A stretch of 64,000 bases of DNA from Octopus sinensis (lineage: Eukaryota). The DNA is taken from positions 29,958,464-30,022,463 of the forward strand of contig NC_043011.1 of the NCBI RefSeq assembly GCF_006345805.1, read 5' to 3'. Positions within the stretch are counted from its first letter, which is position 1. The number at the start of each line of letters is the position of its first letter. The translations under genes were made by a program, and so were the position numbers. The notes beneath the pieces are model-generated. The model was not told where the DNA came from and searched no databases. It worked only from the letters and a program-made list of their open reading frames with translations. This document shows, in pieces, positions 55,799-64,000 of this stretch.

Positions 55799-56996
55799 GT
55801 AAGTGTGAATGACATTCACAAACTGTTTTCAGTATCTACTTTCAAGACATAGCAATCAGTTTCAAGTGCTATTCCATAGTAATTTATCCTTCATTCTGTG
55901 TTAAAAGAGACTACACTTCATATACATATCATCTTGACCATTCACATGGATATTTTTGGAATTCACAGCCACAGTATTATATTTATCTCTGAATGTATTG
56001 GAGTAGAGAGGAAATAAGGGTTTTATATTTGTCAATGTATTTTAGTAGAGGGAAATCAAAATGTTATATTTAACATGAAGATGAACAATATTTGTGAGCA
56101 TCAATTGAATGAACAAAACCTGAATATCATTCTCCAATTTATCTGTTAATAACGGTAATGTTATTGATGCAGTAAGATCATTGGCTTCTCCATTGCTTGC
56201 AAAGCCACTTTGTAAGTGATTCATTGTAGCATGCCTCTAACAGGTTGACACCGTTAATTTCTCCACCTACTACTACTACTAATATACAATCTCTAACACC
56301 TCCCGTAATACCAACACTACTAAATCATGTCAACCACCCTGACACCACTGCAACATAATGCGTAGTATGACACCACTGTGTAGAAGTTGCAGTAAAGCAA
56401 GAGGAACTCATAAGCCACAAAGACATACCCACAAAGATAACTAACATGATTTATCTTTCCTTCTGGAAGTAATGTTATGTTTATAGCATGCTATCAATTA
56501 ATATGTAAATGTACCCAATTAACATGTGCATACTGTATCTAGCTATCCAGTCTATGATATCATTGTTATGATAATACTGTTGTGGTAATGTATACATTTT
56601 GCTTGATTGCTTATGGTCAGGGTTAATTAAGGTGCCTACCAGTTCGATGATGATAGCAGTTTCATGGTGTGTCATTTGGATAACACTGAAGAACTGCAAT
56701 GCTTAGTTTGAGATTTCTTTTTTATTACTGCTGTGGAGATATATAATTATTGTAGGCACAGCAGTTTGTCAAATTAAATACGATGCATTTTATAGGAAAC
56801 GGACAGCAGAATGTTAATATCTGTGAAAATGGTGCATTTTAGTTGAGGAAATTTGTGGGATTTTTTTTTTATTGAGGGATGACCCAGAGTCACACAAGAT
56901 ATTTTTATTTATGTCCACAAGCTACAATACAAATACACAAACATACACACATATGTTGTAGCTCCTACATATAAATAAAAATATATGTGATGCTGG

Positions 56997-57087
<91 letters not shown>

Positions 57088-57527
57088 CACATATCTTTAA
57101 GTTATATTATAAGAAAATATATACCTACACAACTTTAATCACTAAAATAGATTGACTAATCTGTTTTTCTGAAATTATATTTATAAATAAGAATGCATAA
57201 AGCTATACAGTTTTAATTACTGAAATGGACTGATTAATCTCTAATCATTGTTGATTTTTATTGTGTTTTCCTTTTTACAGTTAATCCTTTATAATTCACA
57301 TAGAATGTTAGAGCTATTTTAGGAAAAATAAAATTAAAATCTAATATTATTTCAGAAGCTACTCATAGCAACTTTGAGAGCCACTGTTTAGCAATCATTG
57401 TTATTTACATCTATTGATAAAACAGTGAGAAATGATTCATTCCCCATCATTTTATATTAATGTCCACATTTTCATGTTTACATAAGACAAATAGTACTCT
57501 AAGTTTTCTTCTATGGTTTTGTAACAG

Positions 57528-57644
57528 AAACAAAGGTTCATGAAAGGGCTGTCCTCATCAGCTACAAGCTTGCTGGTGACTGACGATATCTATGTGGAAC
57601 AAGCAGGTCTGACTGTAGAGGTTTCAACGAGAATTCGGTTTTAG
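57528..57644 (+). CDS. Candidate terminal coding exon
   Basis: Acceptor ctaagttttcttctatggttttgtaacag. The phase-0 frame KQRFMKGLSSSATSLLVTDDIYVEQAGLTVEVSTRIRF* is compatible with 55698-55798. Confidence 0.33.
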   Translation, partial: KQRFMKGLSSSATSLLVTDDIYVEQAGLTVEVSTRIRF

Positions 57645-60600
57645 GTTTCATACTAGTGTTACCAAGGATAGAATAAAGTTCCAGCTACTGTCACAGTATG
57701 CAGCACAATATTATTATAATTTGGCAGGCAATCAGCAGTAGCAGCAAATGGAAGAAATAACCTTATAGATATAATTTAAAATGGTATTACATGGTATACT
57801 AGTTTCTAGTTCCACAAAAGAAAATGAATAATGGATCCAAAATTAATTCTAATGAGAAATAATGTTCATTGATCATGTGACTGATTTAAAGCATAGTGCA
57901 GGTATTTCTCTTTTTTTTTGCCCACTTTAATTGTGTGGTGGACTCTATAAATTGGTGAATGAACACATAGTGGTCATTTGGTAGTCAATTGTTGCACCAG
58001 GCTCCAATCTGATCTGGCAATGTTTCTACAGCTGATTATATTATTTGTACTCTAAGTTTAAGTTTGTCCTTACCTCTTAGGTGGTTTGTATGTGGAATGA
58101 TACAGCTTAATGATTCAACATTTTATGATGTTAGAAAGTATACTAAAAATATGTCCATTGATTCTAGTGTACAATAAATCAGGAAGTATCTGGTTTTTAC
58201 TTTGATGTTATCAGTAAATCATTTTCATTTCAATGTTATATGCTTTATGATCTGAGTTCAGATTCAAGTGTGGTGGTGAACTTTCCTTTCAGCTTTTCAG
58301 TATCAATAAAGCAAGTGTTGGATCAGTTTAATTGATTATACTCATCATTGAAGAATATATTTTGCCCTGTGCCTATGATGGAAATCAATATTATTTGAAT
58401 GTCAACTTTCTGGAGTCAACATAATGTCAAATACCAGTTAAATATTGGATTTGACTTAATTGACAACACCCTCTCACTAAAATTTCTGGCATTGTAACAC
58501 AGACGTAAACTAATATTATTTGAATGTTGTCAATATTTAAGGGATTAAATTTAATCTTAATCACAAACTATAATCCACTGATGCCAGGGGAAATCCACAT
58601 CAAATCAATAAATAAATTGATTAAGCAAAATATAAATAATTCAATATTAATATTTACAGATAATATTAATGTAATCTTAATTTTTGAAACCTAACAGATT
58701 TCAGAAAACAAAAGTGAAAAAATAAAGAGATAAAGATTCAATAATGCCATTTTGAAATATTGTTCCTATAAAATCCAACATATTTTTCTCACAATAGATT
58801 GACAAGATGGTGATATATTACAGTTATTCTTAAGAAATATTATTCAAATACGATCTACATCATTCATATTCTTTTTATTCTTTTGAACAATGCCTAAGTT
58901 GCAAAGTAAATTTTCCAACACTGAAAAATTTTGGGTTTCTTTGGCAGCTAATATTAAACTATGATATCCAGTAGTTTCTATGATGAATGGCTTCATATCT
59001 TTCCTAATTCTAACTTCATCAATTATAATTTTATTTTTAAAAATGTCATAATGTATTAATTGTTTTTTAATATTAACTGTCATTTCTTTATCAATTTCAG
59101 AGCTGCACACCACTGTGACATATTCAGGAATAACTCCACCATTACTACCATCATCACCATCGCCACCACCATCATTTTCTGCACCTCATATCTCCTCTCT
59201 TTTTCTTTCTTTTGGTGAATGGATGCGTGGGTTTAATAGGTTGATAATATAACAATGGCAAGATATTGTTATTATGGACTCACGGTCGGAGGATCATGGT
59301 TTTGATTCCCAGACCAGGCGTTGTGTGTGTTTATTGAACGAAAACACCTAAAGATCCACGAGGCTCTGGCAGGGGGTGGTGGCAACTGCTGTTGTACTCT
59401 TTCACCTCAACTTTCTCTCACTCTTTCTTCCTGTTTCTTGAGTAGCGCTGCGATGAACTGGCGTCCGGTCCAGCTTGGGGGAACACATATGCCACAGAAA
59501 CCAGGAAATTGGGCCCATGAGCCTGGCTAGTCTTGAAAAGGGTGCATAAATAATAAATAAAATATGTTTTGACATACACTAGAAGCAAACACACTCACAC
59601 ATACACACATGCATATGCACAAATGCATGCATAGAAATAGGAATACAAATAGAATGGAGAGAGACAGAGACAGAGAGACAGAGGGAGGGAGAGTGAGAGA
59701 GTGAGACATTACAATTTATTAATTGAACACAACTGCCAGAAACACATTTGCTCTCCTCATACACATGAAGCGACATATGCTCACAGAGTGAGAGAGAGAG
59801 GGAGAAGGAAAAGAAGAGAGGGAAGAAAGGAGAGAACAAAAGAAATATTAAAAAGACAGGTCAAATAAGTCATCATCAAATCAACTGCAAGAAATAGGTG
59901 GCATCAAAAAGGTGGCACCAAAATGTCGTACACCTGTTGATTATATCAACCCCCAACACTACACAAGGAAGAAAGACAGAGGTGAAACATAAAAGCACCC
60001 ATGCTGGTGTCAGGTTAAAAATACGCAGCACACTCCGTGAAGTACTTGGTATTACAGACAATTGGAGCCTGGTGTAGCTCTCCTGCTGATCAGCTCCTGT
60101 CAAACTGTCCAAACCATATTATCATGGAAAATGGACATTAAAGGATAATGATGATTGATATCAAAAGATAAAGCACCAGACCTAATGCAGCAAAGGCATT
60201 TTACTTCATACTGTAATGGTTTCATCAATCTTCCATCATTTATGTGCTATAAAATAAACAGAGTTATATATATATATATAGTAGATGGAGGTACATGGCC
60301 TAGTGGTTAGAGCAGCAGACTCACGGTCGAGGGTTCGTGGGTTTGAATCTCAGACCGGGCGATGTGTGTGTTTATGAGCAAAATACCTAAGCTCCACGCA
60401 GCTCTGGCAGAAGGTAATGGCGAACTTCTGCTGATTCTTTCTCCACAACTTTCTCTCACTCTTTCCTCCTCATCTAGCAGCTCACCTGTGACGGACTGGT
60501 GTCCTGTCCAGGTGAGGAACCTATATGCCAAGGAAACCGGGAAACTGGCCCTTATGAGCCAGGCATGGCTCAAGAAGGAACAAACATATAACAACAGTGC

Positions 60601-62709
60601 TCAATATATAGTAGATGAAAACCATCCCTAGCAGTTTCTCAGCATGGTGACAATTGAATACTTGAAACTAGTTCAAAGACTAAATGTAATATTCTTCAAA
60701 ATTTTATATTCAACATAAAAAAGAGCCAATTTAACATAGAAAAATAAAAGTAACAGAGACAAAAGGAAAAAAAAGGTACTTTTTAATAAGAGAATTTTAG
60801 ATTTTCCAAGTAAGTCAGCGTTATAATCTTTTATTTCTAAAAACGAATATTGAGAGATGAAATTACCTGTTAAGATTTCAATGTAAATTATACTAAACAT
60901 TATAAAAAAGATTAATTTGAAAATGGAAAGAGCATCAAGCCTACTGCGAGTGAGTCTGTTGCTTTCCTTTTTGTCTTAAATTGGTGCTATAATGTCAAAT
61001 ATCAAATTTCAAAGACTTTGACATTTATTATTTTACCAGTTTCAACAAGTCATCTATGATGTGCTGTGGCACTGCTATGGAAAATTTATTTAACATTTAT
61101 ATTTTATTACATTTGAGCAGTCTCCAAAGAGTTAATTACTAGTTCACTGCCTATTATGATGTTGATAGTAACATGACATGAAAGCTTCTTTGTAACTTGG
61201 GCAGAACAAATACCACACAAGGTATTTTTGTCTAAAAAAAAACCCAGTTTATTGGTTTGATATGGAACGAAATACAGCTATAGCCAAATTTCATTCCATA
61301 ATGGTTACCTCTGAAGAGCACAAGGTTACATAATCAGACTGTTACTTAACACTCTGTTGAACGCCCTAGTCCAAAACCAATTGGTAAGATCGGCTGTAAT
61401 GGATATGTAATACTGTACATTTCAATTAATATACCCACTCTATTGATAGATATGCAAGTGTATTTTTTCCTGACTTATGGACTCTTAGATGGCTTATTCA
61501 CACAAACACACACAGACATAAAGATAGACAGATAGATAGATAGAATGATAGATAGATATCTCCAAGGGTAAAAATAGCAAAATAGTTAAAATAGAAAGCT
61601 TCTTACAATACAAAAAGGAAACAATTTAATTACTTCATATATTTCAGGCACAAAGGCCCATCATTGGGAACAATTAAGAAATGTTAGTCTTTATAATACA
61701 GGCCAAGCTAATTGTTGTGCAGATGTAAGAAACGCGCCATCTTCATATAAACTGTTATTTTACTTCTTTATCATAATGCTTCAAGTATGCTACAATGCTC
61801 TTATATTGAAGGAATGGTGCTTGTTGACATTTCCCTACCAGCAAATCACCTAATAGCTCCTTTGTGCTTTGAAAGAAAGTGGCTGATACAAAGATATGTT
61901 GTGAAGTTATGCATTGATGATGGAGATGAGTTTGAGGATGAGATCCACAAAAGAGAACAACAAACGAAGGAATTAGGCCAGACATAACATTACAAAACAA
62001 TCAAATGGTCATCTTAGGTATCTCCAGAGACACCATCGTATCTAACGGTTTCTTAAGTAACATTTTTAGGGTGCAAATTGAGGAAGATCTGACTACTTTT
62101 TTCTGAAAGAGTCAAGTAGCCACATAGCAGCTCCCTCTGTTGACTTTGTGATAGCAGTTTTGATGTTTTTTTTTGTTTTTTGTTTTACACAGCTGTAGGT
62201 GAATCATAATTTAGCAGACCAATCATCAAATACATCTCGACCATGGACATCCTGCCACTTAAAGATATCTGGGACTGTTTTATCTAATGTGTCTTCTCTT
62301 TTTAAGTTAACAGAGTATGGTGTAGTGAAGATTTCGTTGCTATTTGTAGCAAGTCATGTGACTAGGTATAAACTGCTTTATTTATTGTTTGTTCCTTCTC
62401 GAGCCGCACCTGGCTCATAAGGGCTGATTTCCCGGTTTCCTTGGCATATAGGTTCCCCACCTGGACGGGACGCTGGTCCGTCGCAGGTGAGCTGCAAGAT
62501 GCAGGAGGAAAGAGTGAGAGAAAGTTGTGACGAAAGAGTCAACAGACGTTCACCATTACCTTCTGCCAGAGCCACGTGGAGCTTAGGTGTTTTGCTCATA
62601 AACACATGCATCGACCGGTGTGAGATTCAAACCTGCGATCCCTCGACCGCAAGTCCGCTGCTCTAACCACTTGGCCATGTGCCTCTACGCTTTATCTATT
62701 GGTTCCTTC

Positions 62710-62916
62710 TTAATCCTTTAGCATTTAAACCAAACATATCTGGCCAAAATATTCTACCTGTTATATGTTCAAACTGGCCAGATCCAGTCTCTCACACCTA
62801 CACTACAATGTCATTATAAAAATATACAACCACATCATCAAAATTTCAAAGCTACAAGATAATGCATGACTAATTCAAAATAATGTGATGGAGTATTCTG
62901 AATGCTAAAGGGTTAA
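62710..62916. mobile_element. piggyBac-type MITE, second copy
   Basis: Reads TTAA-TCCTTTAGCATT...AATGCTAAAGGG-TTAA. Confidence 0.75.
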
Positions 62917-64000
62917 ACCACACTTGGAGCAATCATAAGAATATTGTCACTGAATTAAAACCATTAACCTTGACAAAGCCTACAGTTTGGGATGGAAAAT
63001 TCTAGGTGCAGAACTATAATCTCTCAAAGACATACATGAACCCTAGGTACACACACACACATTATTTACTTTTTATTTGTTTCACTCATTGCACTGTGGT
63101 CATGCTGGAGCACTGCCTTGAGGGTTTTCATTGAACAATTAGAGCTCAGTACTTATTATTATTATTATTTTTTTTTTTTGACATCTAGAACTTATTCTAT
63201 CGGTCTGTATTGCTGAACTGCTAAGTTTCAGGAATATAAACAGATCAACACTACTTATCTAGTGCTAGTGAGGAACAAGCACGAATGCACGCACATATAC
63301 TTATGCATACGTACATACATACATAGAGACAGACAGACAGACTGACAGACAGACATATAAATAGATATGTATATATGTGTTTACACACACATATTATGAG
63401 ATAGGCTTTCACAAAGTTTCCATCCACCAAATCCATTTACAAGGCTTTGGTCAACCTAAGGTTATAGTAAAAAACACTTGCTCAAGGTGCCATGCTGCAA
63501 GACTGAACCAGAAACCATGCCGTTTGGAAGTAAACTTCTTACTATACAGCCATAATTCATAATTCATAATTCATAGAATGTTCATAGAAAAATTGGTGAG
63601 TTGAGTTATTATTCTCTGAGGTGGTTTTCGTCTCATTATGACCAAGATATCTTTACTTATCTCCCTTTACAAAATTTATTCTTTTATTTGTTTCAGTCAT
63701 TTGACTGCAGCCATGCTGGAGCACCACCTTTAGTCAAGCAACTCAGCCCCAGGACTTATTCTTTGTAAGCCTAATACTTAATCTATCGGTCTCTTTTGCC
63801 AAACTGCTAAGTGACGGGGACGTAAACACACCAGCATCGGTTGTCAAGTGATGTTGGGGGGGACAAACACAGACACACAAACATATACATACATACATAC
63901 ATACATATATATATAACATATATATATATATATACAAAAGGCTTCTTTCAGTTTCTGTCTACCAAATCCACTCACAAGGCTTTGATCAGTCCAAGGTTAT

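Overview
This is AT-rich, repeat-dense eukaryotic DNA. The SINE and microsatellite landscape strongly resembles an Octopus (cephalopod) genome; this is inferred from repeat types, not proven. Most of the six-frame ORFs are translated microsatellites or SINE fragments. Recognisable mobile content: at least four SINE families, several RLE-type (Dong/R4-like) LINE 3' ends in (AAT)n arrays, a decayed RTE endonuclease region, mariner and Tigger/pogo relics, several MITEs and foldback elements, and a young non-autonomous Helitron. No known protein-coding gene is recognised. Two phase-consistent chains of candidate exons exist: minus strand 45.5k to 26.8k, and plus strand 50.8k to 57.6k. The most notable signal is a set of short non-coding elements embedded in (TA)n tracts that carry minimal hammerhead-ribozyme motifs. 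These include an apparently intact type I hammerhead at 49002-49047 and a ~465-bp near-perfect palindrome whose arms each carry a hammerhead with a compensatory U3:A8 core swap.
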